Shown here: positions 9,118 through 17,809 of the stretch, piece by piece
Position numbering within the stretch: the first letter of the stretch is position 1
How the letters are laid out: every line of letters begins with the position of its first letter
Assembly: GCA_048938385.1 (NCBI GenBank)
Contig: JBHLMG010000027.1
Coordinates: forward strand, 1 to 28,967
Length of the DNA: 28,967 nt
Reading direction: 5' to 3'
Source of the DNA: Promethearchaeota archaeon
Lineage (GTDB): Archaea; Asgardarchaeota; Hermodarchaeia; Hermodarchaeales; Hermodarchaeaceae
Notes under the pieces: model-generated
What the model was told of the DNA's origin: nothing
Seen by the model: the letters and a program-made list of their open reading frames with translations, nothing else
Databases searched by the model: none
Position numbers and translations under genes: made by a program

Positions 9118-9942
9118 ATGCCCCATCCCTCTCTCCTTTCTCAGACTAAGCATTGGCTGAAAAAACACCACATTCGAGTATCCAAACGGCTTGGCCAGCA
9201 TTTCCTCATCAATGACGCAATCCTTGAACGCATCATTCAGTGCGCAGACCTTTCAGAGAACCATCGAGTTCTAGAAATCGGATCTGGAAATGGCGTACTA
9301 ACAAGGGCATTAGCAAAACATGTTCAACGAGTTTACGCAATTGAGCAGGATCCGCATCTATTTCAGATTTTATTAGAGGAACTCTCACCAAATCCCAAGA
9401 TCTCACTGATTCAAGGCGATGCCGTCAAAAGCGAGTGGCCAAAATGTGACCGTCTGGTTGCCAATCTACCGTACAGTATCTCCTCACCTGTGCTCTTTCG
9501 ATTTTTCGAAGCAGAGATACCCACGGCTGTATTAATGCTGCAAAAAGAGTTCGCAGAACGGCTTGAAGCCCAACCTGGAACCAAACAATATGGGCGATTG
9601 ACTGTGATGACCGCTTACTATGCTGAGGTGGAGGTCAAGAAAGTCGTTCCCCCTGAGGCCTTCTATCCACCTCCTAAAGTTGCCTCTACCATCACACGGA
9701 TCCAACGGAGAACCCAACCAGCATTCTCAGTAAATGATCTTCGCGTATTTTCAGAAGTAACCGCTGTGCTGTTCAATCAGCGTAGAAAAAAAATTCTGTC
9801 ACCGATACGATCCCTAGTAGGCGAAAAGCGCCTGGAACTTCTGCGCGAGAAGATTCCATGGTTAGATCAGCGAGTTGAAGATTTATCTCCAGAACAAATA
9901 GCAGCAATATCCAATGCCGTTGAGGGGGAACTGCGAGAATGA
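9118..9942 (+). CDS. ksgA: 16S rRNA adenine dimethyltransferase KsgA/Dim1
   Basis: LGQHFL, VLEIGSGNG, ANLPYSISS, MLQKEFAERL, FYPPPKVAS. Confidence 0.96.
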   Translation: MPHPSLLSQTKHWLKKHHIRVSKRLGQHFLINDAILERIIQCADLSENHRVLEIGSGNGVLTRALAKHVQRVYAIEQDPHLFQILLEELSPNPKISLIQGDAVKSEWPKCDRLVANLPYSISSPVLFRFFEAEIPTAVLMLQKEFAERLEAQPGTKQYGRLTVMTAYYAEVEVKKVVPPEAFYPPPKVASTITRIQRRTQPAFSVNDLRVFSEVTAVLFNQRRKKILSPIRSLVGEKRLELLREKIPWLDQRVEDLSPEQIAAISNAVEGELRE

Positions 9943-10544
9943 CCTCAGCGGGAGCCTTTTTTGAAGATGTATGGGTGATTGTCAAAGATGGCGTTTATCA
10001 GCCGGCAGACGACACATTCCTGTTATGCGCGCATTTAGATGTCTCCCCCGATGACCTTGTGCTCGAGGTAGGTACAGGATGTGGACTTGTAGCTATTGTT
10101 GCCGCTAAAGCGGGCGCCAAGGTTGTTGCTACTGACCAATCTGTCTTAGCCGTGGAAAATGCACGAGAAAATATCTCTCTCCATAACCTCGACTTTCAAA
10201 TCGAAGTTCGTCAGGGCAGTTACTTTGAACCCATACGGCCTAATGAGAAGTTTTCACTGATTGCCTTTAATCCGCCCTATTTACCAAGCACTGACCAGGA
10301 CCCAGCCTTCGATCTAGCGTGGTCAGGTGGAGTAACTGGTCGCGAAGTTAGCAACACCTTTCTGACACAATCTCCGAACTATCTAACAAAAGATGGTAGG
10401 CTATTACTCGTTCATTCATCTTTGGCTAATTCTCAACGCACCCAAGCACACCTAGAGAAACTGTTCTACCATGTTTGTGTTAAAGCCGAGAAAGCCCTAT
10501 TCTTTGAGCGCTTGCTGCTGTTCGAAGCCAAGGATCCAATCTAA
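9939..10544 (+). CDS. HemK2/Mtq2-type release factor glutamine methyltransferase
   Basis: VYQPADDTFLL, VLEVGTGCG, FNPPYLP, WSGGVTGR. Confidence 0.92.
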   Translation: MTSAGAFFEDVWVIVKDGVYQPADDTFLLCAHLDVSPDDLVLEVGTGCGLVAIVAAKAGAKVVATDQSVLAVENARENISLHNLDFQIEVRQGSYFEPIRPNEKFSLIAFNPPYLPSTDQDPAFDLAWSGGVTGREVSNTFLTQSPNYLTKDGRLLLVHSSLANSQRTQAHLEKLFYHVCVKAEKALFFERLLLFEAKDPI

Positions 10545-10602
10545 GCCACTTTGGTAAAAAAACTTTAGAAGTCGTCTTGCTTGAGTGCTTGTGGATGGTT
10601 CC

Positions 10603-11769
10603 TTGCCAGTCAATTTAACTGCTGAAGCACAGGCAGCGCAGCGCGCTTACGAAGAAGCCAGTGGGCTGGAAGAACGGATAGAAAAGCTCGAAAAGTTCAT
10701 CTCCCTTATACCAAAACACAAATCCTCAGAAAAGATGGTAGCCCAGTACCGCCACCGGCTCACTGTACTTCGACAAGAACAAGAAGAGCGACGAGCCCGA
10801 CGCAGAGTAGCAACAGGAGGGCCAAGCTATTCTCTTGCAAAAGAGGGAGCAGGACAGGTAGTTCTTGTTGGCCTAACGAGTTCAGGAAAAAGCGCTTTGT
10901 TAAATCGTCTGACTGGAGCAAAGGCAAAAACGGGTGAATACGAATTCACTACGCAACTTCCAGAACCCGGCGTGCTCAAATACGGCGGAACCGACATCCA
11001 AATCATCGAAATGCCAGCCCTCTTTGAAGGAGCCCATGACAGCAGCGTGGGTCGACAAATCCTTGGCGGAATCCGTAACGCAGACCTCATTGTCTTGGTG
11101 ATTGATCTCTCTAAACCACCCAAACCCCAGATGGATTTTCTCGTTAACAGCTTAGAAAAAGCCCGAATCAAGCTCAATAAAGACCCCCCGCCAATTCGCT
11201 TTGCGAAAACAGGAAGCGGGGGCATTCACACCATCGGCATCACGAATTTCCAAGGAGACCAAGAACTCATCCGCCAACTCCTTCATCGACGCCGAATTCA
11301 TAACTGTTCTCTACAGTTCCGTGGTCCTGCATCACTCGATGACCTAATAGAAGTTCTTGATGGGCGTACTCGCTATGCACCTGCCATAATCATCGCTACC
11401 AAAGGAGATTCTTCAACGAGTTCTCAGCATTTCGAAGAATTGCGATCCGAGTTTGGAGCGACATTTACAATCTATCCTGTGTCGGTGAAAATGAACAAGG
11501 GAATTCGCCTCGCCTCAGCAGGGATATTTGAGGGGCTTGGTGTAATCCGTATTTTCACACGAAAAAGTTCAGGAGAGATTGGAGATCGCCCGCTAATACT
11601 ACCACTGGAGTCCACGGTGGAGGACCTAGCTAAGCGATTACACAGCGACTTTCACAAAAATTTTCGATACGCCATTGTCTACCGATTGGGAACAGGTCAA
11701 ATGCGCAAGAAAGTTGGCTTCACCTTCACCCTCGAAGACCAAGATATCATCCAAATTTTTACCAAATGA
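10603..11769 (+). CDS. DRG-family (OBG class) GTPase with TGS domain
   Basis: PVNL start (TTG 10603; track gives 10585), IPKHKSSEK, KEGAGQVVLVG, YEFTTQLPEPG, TGS STVEDLAKRLHSDF. Confidence 0.9.
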   Translation: MPVNLTAEAQAAQRAYEEASGLEERIEKLEKFISLIPKHKSSEKMVAQYRHRLTVLRQEQEERRARRRVATGGPSYSLAKEGAGQVVLVGLTSSGKSALLNRLTGAKAKTGEYEFTTQLPEPGVLKYGGTDIQIIEMPALFEGAHDSSVGRQILGGIRNADLIVLVIDLSKPPKPQMDFLVNSLEKARIKLNKDPPPIRFAKTGSGGIHTIGITNFQGDQELIRQLLHRRRIHNCSLQFRGPASLDDLIEVLDGRTRYAPAIIIATKGDSSTSSQHFEELRSEFGATFTIYPVSVKMNKGIRLASAGIFEGLGVIRIFTRKSSGEIGDRPLILPLESTVEDLAKRLHSDFHKNFRYAIVYRLGTGQMRKKVGFTFTLEDQDIIQIFTK

Positions 11770-11865
11770 GTTCTCCACAGATTCTTGCTTTGTAGTCGCG
11801 CAAGATTAATAAGACGCCAAGATTTGCACTACCTTCTATCCCCCTAAAAGGGAGGCGAAACGATT

Positions 11866-12402
11866 ATGCCTGCAAGACCCGGGAAATGCTATCGACAAAT
11901 CAAGCGCCCGCCCTACACTAGAAAAGAGTACATAAAGCGAATTCCAGGCAACAAAGTAGTCCTTTGGAGAATGGGGAAGAAACGCAGCCGTAACTTCGAA
12001 TTAACACTGAGCCTTTTAACGGATGAAGCTGTCCAAATTCATCATTCAGCACTTGAGGCGATGCGAGTCTCAGCTAACCGTTTTCTCACCCAGCATTTGG
12101 GACCGGATAACTACTTCCTATGGGTTCGTATCTACCCCCATCAGATTCTTCGGGAAAAGAAGATGATGGCCTTTGCAGGCGCTGATCGTATTCAAGAGGG
12201 AATGCGTCGATCATTTGGAAAACCCTTTGCCTTAGCCGCACGAGTTCGCCCTGGACAACCCGTGTTGACTCTTGAAACTAACTTTAAGAATTTGAAAACG
12301 GCGAAGGAGGCTCTTCGACGAGCTTCAATGAAGCTTCCTACTCCCTGTACGATCCACTTAGATCATGCCCCTGACGACCTACGGAAGAAAATCGGTTTCT
12401 AG
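11866..12402 (+). CDS. rpl10e: 50S ribosomal protein uL16 (L10e)
   Basis: RPGKCYR, YTRKEYI, ALEAMRVSANR, MMAFAGADRIQEGMRRSFGKP. Confidence 0.97.
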   Translation: MPARPGKCYRQIKRPPYTRKEYIKRIPGNKVVLWRMGKKRSRNFELTLSLLTDEAVQIHHSALEAMRVSANRFLTQHLGPDNYFLWVRIYPHQILREKKMMAFAGADRIQEGMRRSFGKPFALAARVRPGQPVLTLETNFKNLKTAKEALRRASMKLPTPCTIHLDHAPDDLRKKIGF

Positions 12403-12428
12403 CTCGGTTTTCCAGAGTTGGGGAAGAG

Positions 12429-13721
12429 CTAGCTGACAAGATACTTCCTAAACTTTCTGCCTGCATACTGACCTTTACGCCCGAGTTTATGTGCAATCGC
12501 GATGAGCCGGTTATACTTGGCTGTGCGTTCACCTCGTGCCGGAGCGCCAGTTTTGATCTGTCCACAGGAAAGCGCCACCGAGAGATCGGCAATGAAAGTA
12601 TTTTCAGTTTCACCGCTTCGATGACTAACCACCACATTATATCCATTTCTTCCTGCCAGGTGAGCTGCAGCTAATGCTTCAGTGAGCGTTCCAACCTGAT
12701 TCACCTTAAGCAGAAGAGCATTACCCGCACCGATGTCTATACCTTTCTGCAGTCGTATAGCATTGGATACGAATATGTCATCGCCAAGAATTTGAACTGA
12801 CTTGCCAGCATCCTCAGTAAATGCCGTGAAACTGGCAAAATCGTTTTCCTCAAAGGGATCCTCAATTGACAACAGGGGGTACTCTGATACTATTTCTCGA
12901 TAGAATTCATAGAGTTCTTCCGGTTTAAGATCTCGACCATCAATGAAGTATTTTCCCTTCGAATAGAATTCATTTGCCGCTACATCTATGGCTAAACCAA
13001 TTTCTGTCCCGGGCTGATACCCGCTTTCAGTAATCGCATTCATGATGTCATCGAGGGCTTTGCGAGTCTCAAGTAAAGGGGGCGCAAACCCGCCTTCATC
13101 ACCGATTCCCTTCATCATCTTACCATACTTTTTCACTAAAACCCTGCCCAAGCTTTGATAGATTTCTACTCCTGCCCGTAGAGCGTCGTAAAAGTTGCCA
13201 AAGCCTAGTGGCATTATTATGAATTCTTGAATCGCCAGTTGGTTCCCTGCGTGAACCCCCCCATTGATGATGTTCATCATAGGAACTGGTAAGATGTATT
13301 TGTCTCGGCTGATCAAGTATTCGAATAAAGGTTGATTTCCAGTATTTGCAGCAGCTTGCGCAACAGCTAAAGATACCCCGAGGATAGCGTTTGCGCCTAA
13401 ATGTGTTTTATTCGCTGTTCCATCCAGTTGGCGCATTTTCTCATCAATTGCTTGTTGCTCCCGTGAGTCCATTCCAATGAGGGCGGGAGCCAACACTTTG
13501 AGGATGTTACTTACTGCCTTTTGCACCCCCTTACCATGGAACCTCGATGCCTCCCCATCGCGAAGTTCAACGGCTTCGAATTTGCCGGTTGACACACCGG
13601 AGGGAACCATAGCTAGTCCAGACCCTCCCTGCGTCAACACCTCAGCCTGTACAGTGGGATTTCCACGACTATCTAAGATTTCAATGGCGCGTATTTCAGT
13701 GATTTCGTATTTTTTGGGCAT
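12429..13721 (-). CDS. eno: Enolase
   Basis: EILDSRGNPTV, GDEGGFAP, SIEDPF, LLKVNQVG, SHRSGETE, QIKTGAPARGERTAKYN. Start likely ATG 13721 (track gives 13757). Confidence 0.97.
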   Translation of the reverse strand: MPKKYEITEIRAIEILDSRGNPTVQAEVLTQGGSGLAMVPSGVSTGKFEAVELRDGEASRFHGKGVQKAVSNILKVLAPALIGMDSREQQAIDEKMRQLDGTANKTHLGANAILGVSLAVAQAAANTGNQPLFEYLISRDKYILPVPMMNIINGGVHAGNQLAIQEFIIMPLGFGNFYDALRAGVEIYQSLGRVLVKKYGKMMKGIGDEGGFAPPLLETRKALDDIMNAITESGYQPGTEIGLAIDVAANEFYSKGKYFIDGRDLKPEELYEFYREIVSEYPLLSIEDPFEENDFASFTAFTEDAGKSVQILGDDIFVSNAIRLQKGIDIGAGNALLLKVNQVGTLTEALAAAHLAGRNGYNVVVSHRSGETENTFIADLSVALSCGQIKTGAPARGERTAKYNRLIAIAHKLGRKGQYAGRKFRKYLVS

Positions 13722-13824
13722 TTCTAGTACTCCTCCATCCAGGGATGCGAATTGCATAGAACCACGATGCAGTTAAGTGAATACAATACAAGGGTTCTAA
13801 AAAAGTTGAGGACAGCTAGTATCT

Positions 13825-14460
13825 ATGTCGGTTCGACTGCCCCGTAAACAATTAGAGATACTACTTAGTCAGTTGCAGGGATTTCCAGATCCTATTCCTA
13901 GTCGTGAGCAGTATGAAGTCTCTGACTCCGTTGCTGCGACGATGGTGTTTACCGCAGCAACCTATGGAGATATAGAAAATCAACATGTCTTTGATTTAGG
14001 TTGTGGACCCGGTCGGCTTGCCATTGGAGCCGCATTGTTAGGCGCCCACTCGGTAGTAGCTATCGATATTGATTCGAAAGTATTAAATGTCGCAGAGCAG
14101 AACGCTGTTCAACTTGGTGTGCAAAATCGCATTAAGTTCGTCGCACAAGACATTGAGACGATAACAGCTCAGGCAGACACGGTGTTAATGAATGCTCCCT
14201 TTGGAGTGCAACGGGTTCATGCGGATCAACCCTTTCTCCAAAAAGCCCTGGAAATCGGTAAAGTCGTCTATTCGCTGCATAAAGCGTCGGAAGGCGGGCG
14301 AGAGTTCATTTCCCGATTTGTCTCAGAGCGGGGTGGACGAGTCTCATTCATCCAAGAGATGGCGATGACGCTTCCTGCCACCATGCACTTTCATGAAAAG
14401 AAAAAACACATCATCAAAGTTGATTTCTACCGAATAGAAACGCAGGAGGAAACGGAATGA
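13825..14460 (+). CDS. METTL5-family putative RNA N6-adenine methyltransferase
   Basis: LEILLSQLQGF...EQY, DLGCGPGRLAIGA, MNAPFG, HADQPFL, VYSLH, FHEKK; upstream of csl4. Confidence 0.88.
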   Translation: MSVRLPRKQLEILLSQLQGFPDPIPSREQYEVSDSVAATMVFTAATYGDIENQHVFDLGCGPGRLAIGAALLGAHSVVAIDIDSKVLNVAEQNAVQLGVQNRIKFVAQDIETITAQADTVLMNAPFGVQRVHADQPFLQKALEIGKVVYSLHKASEGGREFISRFVSERGGRVSFIQEMAMTLPATMHFHEKKKHIIKVDFYRIETQEETE

Positions 14461-15071
14461 CAAATCAACGAATCAAAGACGGAGATTCCGTCTTGCCAGG
14501 AGAACGACTAGGAGTAATTGAAGAATTTCTCCCTGGTGAAGGAACTTTCCAAGATGAAGATGACATAATCTATGCCAACATCACGGGTATCGTTCACATT
14601 GATATGAAAGAACGGAAAATCAGCGTCGAGGCCACAACGCGAGTACCCGTTTATCCAAAACGGAACGATGTCGTGTTAGGCGAGATTCAGCATGTGACGA
14701 AAAAGTCTGCGATTGTGAATATTTTTCAAATCGAAGACAACCCTTGTCCTGTTACTTTCTCAGGTTATCTGTTTATTAAAAACAGCGCAGGAGGATATAT
14801 TGAACAAATGCGCGACCTCTTCGCACCAGGCGATTTGATTATTGCCCGAGTTCAGCATCAGGCAGACGGCCTTGCTCGCCTCTCCACCGTAGGCTCCCGA
14901 TTTGGCGTCATTCACGCGACCTGTAGTCGCTGTGGTGGCCCGCTCCACAAACAGGATAGGCGCTTAGAATGTGTAGAGTGTGGGAACTACGAGCAGCGCA
15001 AGCTCTCTCAAGGATATGGCCAAATTCTTCACATCGAACCCCCCGAAGAAGACGCCCCGCTAGAAGAGTAA
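14457..15071 (+). CDS. csl4: Exosome RNA-binding cap subunit Csl4
   Basis: VLPGERLGVIEEFLPGEGT, S1 domain (GDLIIARV), Zn ribbon CSRC...CVECG..EQRKLS. Confidence 0.93.
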   Translation: MTNQRIKDGDSVLPGERLGVIEEFLPGEGTFQDEDDIIYANITGIVHIDMKERKISVEATTRVPVYPKRNDVVLGEIQHVTKKSAIVNIFQIEDNPCPVTFSGYLFIKNSAGGYIEQMRDLFAPGDLIIARVQHQADGLARLSTVGSRFGVIHATCSRCGGPLHKQDRRLECVECGNYEQRKLSQGYGQILHIEPPEEDAPLEE

Positions 15072-15087
15072 GGAGGCGCTCATTACC

Positions 15088-15315
15088 GTGGCTCGTTGGA
15101 TTAAAAAGAGCCTTACATTTCCATTAACCCGGGCCTCCGCCCAAATCGCCTTTGTCGATCAGCTCAAACGAAAACTCAAACTTGACTTTCTCTTAAACGC
15201 AGACCAAAGAGGGATCACAGTGACCCTGCGCGGTGACCCCGAACAGGTTCGTCTCGCCGTTCACCGTGCGGTCACGATCTTCCGAGAATTCAAAGAAGAG
15301 ATTCCGCTCTCGTAA
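15088..15315 (+). CDS. Small protein resembling the N-terminal domain of DUF2067
   Basis: 75 aa, GGAGG SD before GTG; KKSLTF...FVDQLKR...ITVTLRGDPEQVRLAVHR resembles the DUF2067 N-terminus as recalled; occupies the csl4-rpoL slot. Confidence 0.6.
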   Translation: MARWIKKSLTFPLTRASAQIAFVDQLKRKLKLDFLLNADQRGITVTLRGDPEQVRLAVHRAVTIFREFKEEIPLS

Positions 15316-15329
15316 GCTCTGTGTTGAAG

Positions 15330-15342
15330 CAACACTTTAAAA
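15330..15342 (+). promoter_or_regulatory. Putative TATA box for rpo11
   Basis: CAACAC-TTTAAAA about 55 nt upstream of ATG 15393. Confidence 0.45.
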
Positions 15343-15392
15343 GCAAAGCAGTCTACGGTTCGCCTGCGTCAAAGCCTGATTGAAAGGATTCG

Positions 15393-15683
15393 ATGACTAT
15401 GAAGATTAGCATTATCAAGAACACTACCCGAGAGCTAGAGCTACAAATTGAAGGAGAAGCACACACATTGTGCAACCCGCTCCGTGAAATTCTCTTTGAA
15501 GACGAACACCTCTCCTTTGCTGGTTATTCAGTTCCCCATCCCCTAGAAAGAACAGCCCACTTCATAGTCCGAACTGATGGAAAAGTAAAAGCGATTACCG
15601 TCTTCAAACGAGCAGCACAGAAACTAATTGATCGTACCGAAGAGCTCCGGTCGTATTTTCAGAAAGCCCTCAAAGCCGCGTGA
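15393..15683 (+). CDS. rpo11: RNA polymerase subunit Rpo11 (RpoL)
   Basis: IEGEAHTLCNPLR, FAGYSVPHPL. Confidence 0.95.
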   Translation: MTMKISIIKNTTRELELQIEGEAHTLCNPLREILFEDEHLSFAGYSVPHPLERTAHFIVRTDGKVKAITVFKRAAQKLIDRTEELRSYFQKALKAA

Positions 15684-16156
15684 TGCGCGTGTCGCAACTC
15701 ACCGACCTTCAGTCACTCCTCGATCAAGAAGGAATCGACTCAATTCCAGCAGCCATGCGACACAAGACCCTAGCCCAACTAGGAGATTCCTTGACGAACC
15801 TTTTGTTTTCTTTTGCCCATTCCCTTCATTCAAAAGGATTTGTGGGAGAGAAGGTTGCAGGAAAGACCCTTGCAGCAGCGTTGCGTTTGGCTGATTTGCG
15901 TCATCTCGCCCCATCGCGACTTGATGCCCATGGATTGGGAGACTGCGTGGAGGCAATGATTGCTTATGGATGGATTCGGGGCTATTTCACAATCTCCGAA
16001 GCCGCTGAGACCCTACAAGAGCATTTCATTCAGTTCGGTCTTGAACCCGGATTACGCAAAGCAGAACGAATAGCGCGGATAAGTCGTGGATTTGCCCTAT
16101 TTTTGCAACAAATCTGGGACAAAGAACAAGTCTTGCACTCCATGAAAAGCCAATAG
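15680..16156 (+). CDS. Archaeal mini-ribonuclease III-like protein (no dsRBD)
   Basis: LAQLGDSLTNLLFS and HGLGDCVEAMIAYGW resemble the RNase III nuclease-domain motifs of the archaeal family found after rpoL. Confidence 0.8.
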   Translation: MMRVSQLTDLQSLLDQEGIDSIPAAMRHKTLAQLGDSLTNLLFSFAHSLHSKGFVGEKVAGKTLAAALRLADLRHLAPSRLDAHGLGDCVEAMIAYGWIRGYFTISEAAETLQEHFIQFGLEPGLRKAERIARISRGFALFLQQIWDKEQVLHSMKSQ

Positions 16157-16213
16157 ATTCTTATGCAATTTCCTGTATGCTTTCCAATCCCTTAAACCCG
16201 GAGCCGCGGTAAC

Positions 16214-16558
16214 ATGGAATTCTGCCCTAATTGCTCAAACCTTCTCACTCCCCAGAAAAATGAGGGACAGAAGGTCCTTATCTGCCTACACTGCGGATAT
16301 ACCAAAGATCTCACACCGAAGACTGAAAATAAATATCGTATAGGGGAGAAAATCAACCATATCCCCGAAAAAGAAGAGCTAGTGGTCATCGATGAAGAGC
16401 TAGCTGAACAAAAAACCATGCCCTCTACACGCGTTGTGTGTCCAAAATGCGGGCACAAGGAAGCTTTCTATTGGCAGGTACAAACACGCTCTGGGGATGA
16501 AGCCATGACTACTTTTTATCGTTGCACCAAATGCAAGCAAACATGGCGGGAATACTAG
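16214..16558 (+). CDS. tfs: Transcription elongation/cleavage factor TFS
   Basis: MEFCPNC...CLHC; C-terminal ribbon CPKC..QTRSGDEAMTTFYRCTKC..WREY with the acidic DE pair intact. Confidence 0.95.
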   Translation: MEFCPNCSNLLTPQKNEGQKVLICLHCGYTKDLTPKTENKYRIGEKINHIPEKEELVVIDEELAEQKTMPSTRVVCPKCGHKEAFYWQVQTRSGDEAMTTFYRCTKCKQTWREY

Positions 16559-16579
16559 CCAAAGCTACAGGGTCACTTC

Positions 16580-17806
16580 TTAGCCCCACAAAAATTCTGG
16601 AAGAAAACGCGCCGTCTTGAAAAGAAGCCCAATGGCACTTTTCATCATTTTCGGAGATGTTAAAGCCGCCGTGATAATTTTCCCCTGATGATCGATATCA
16701 CCCTTAACTTCTACCAACTCTCGAACATTACTATCTCGGAGATTTACGAAGAGGGCATCTAAATCAGGATTGTCAAGCCTATTCAAGAACCTGCGAAGAA
16801 TAGCCATTAACCAGAGCTGGCGACCCCAACTGCGCTTCCATCGTCGCTCATACTCGATGAGAGCCTGATGGCGATAACGGTCCTGGGCTAAGGCATCCGT
16901 TATCAGATGCGCAGCCATTATGGCACAGTTCCCCCCTGCCACTACCCCGCCACCAGTCGTTGCCTTTGTTTGCCCCGCGGCATCTCCGACACTCACAAAT
17001 CTCCTGCTTACCGTTCGAGCCACAGGTCCTCCTGTGTACACCACTCCACCAAACCATTTCTCTGCTTTTGCCCCCGAAAGCAATGAACATTGAGTACGAA
17101 ACTTATCGAGTGCTTGGCGAGTGTTCCGGTGGGTGGTTGCCAGCCCAATCCTTGCTCGATTATCTTCGAGGGGAATAACCCAGGCAAAAAATTGGTTCGC
17201 GATTTGCGTATCAAAAAACAAATGAACCACATTGGGAGAAATCGAGATATCAGAAACTTCACATTGGAGAGCGGGTAACATATACGCGTGTTTGGGTCGA
17301 GGTAGGCCATGGAGGTGACCTAACCGGGCGCGAATACCCTCTGCGTTCACAACAAAACGAGTAGTGAGTTCGCGCTTTGATCCTTTGTGAAGCACTAATA
17401 CCCGCATACCCTCCTGACATGGGTAACATCGGATTACACGGGTTTCTCGTTCGAGATTGGCTCCTGCCCGTTGTGCTTCTTCAACGATTTGCTGATCGAG
17501 TAAATCCCGATGAAGCACATAGGCATGAGGTTCACCTTTGTCAAAGGTTAATTGCGCACCACTAGGTGCGTGAAAAATCGATTTTGAGACCTGACGAATA
17601 ACAACCGGAGGTTTGGGAACAACTCCAATTTCATGTAAACCGTTCATCCCGATGAGCCCTGCACAATGGACAGGACGACCTACTTCCTTGTGTTCCTCGA
17701 AAACCGTCACGGAAAGCCCTTTTCGGGCTAGTTGTCGAGCAGCTAAACCCCCTGCAGGGCCTGCGCCAATTACTACAACATCTACCGTCACACCCATCAC
17801 AAGCAT
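16580..17806 (-). CDS. Geranylgeranyl reductase family FAD-dependent oxidoreductase
   Basis: VVIGAGPAG, HCAG, RDLLDQ, FAWVIP, VGDAAGQTKATTGGGV. Confidence 0.88.
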   Translation of the reverse strand: MLVMGVTVDVVVIGAGPAGGLAARQLARKGLSVTVFEEHKEVGRPVHCAGLIGMNGLHEIGVVPKPPVVIRQVSKSIFHAPSGAQLTFDKGEPHAYVLHRDLLDQQIVEEAQRAGANLERETRVIRCYPCQEGMRVLVLHKGSKRELTTRFVVNAEGIRARLGHLHGLPRPKHAYMLPALQCEVSDISISPNVVHLFFDTQIANQFFAWVIPLEDNRARIGLATTHRNTRQALDKFRTQCSLLSGAKAEKWFGGVVYTGGPVARTVSRRFVSVGDAAGQTKATTGGGVVAGGNCAIMAAHLITDALAQDRYRHQALIEYERRWKRSWGRQLWLMAILRRFLNRLDNPDLDALFVNLRDSNVRELVEVKGDIDHQGKIITAALTSPKMMKSAIGLLFKTARFLPEFLWG

Positions 17807-17809
17807 TTG

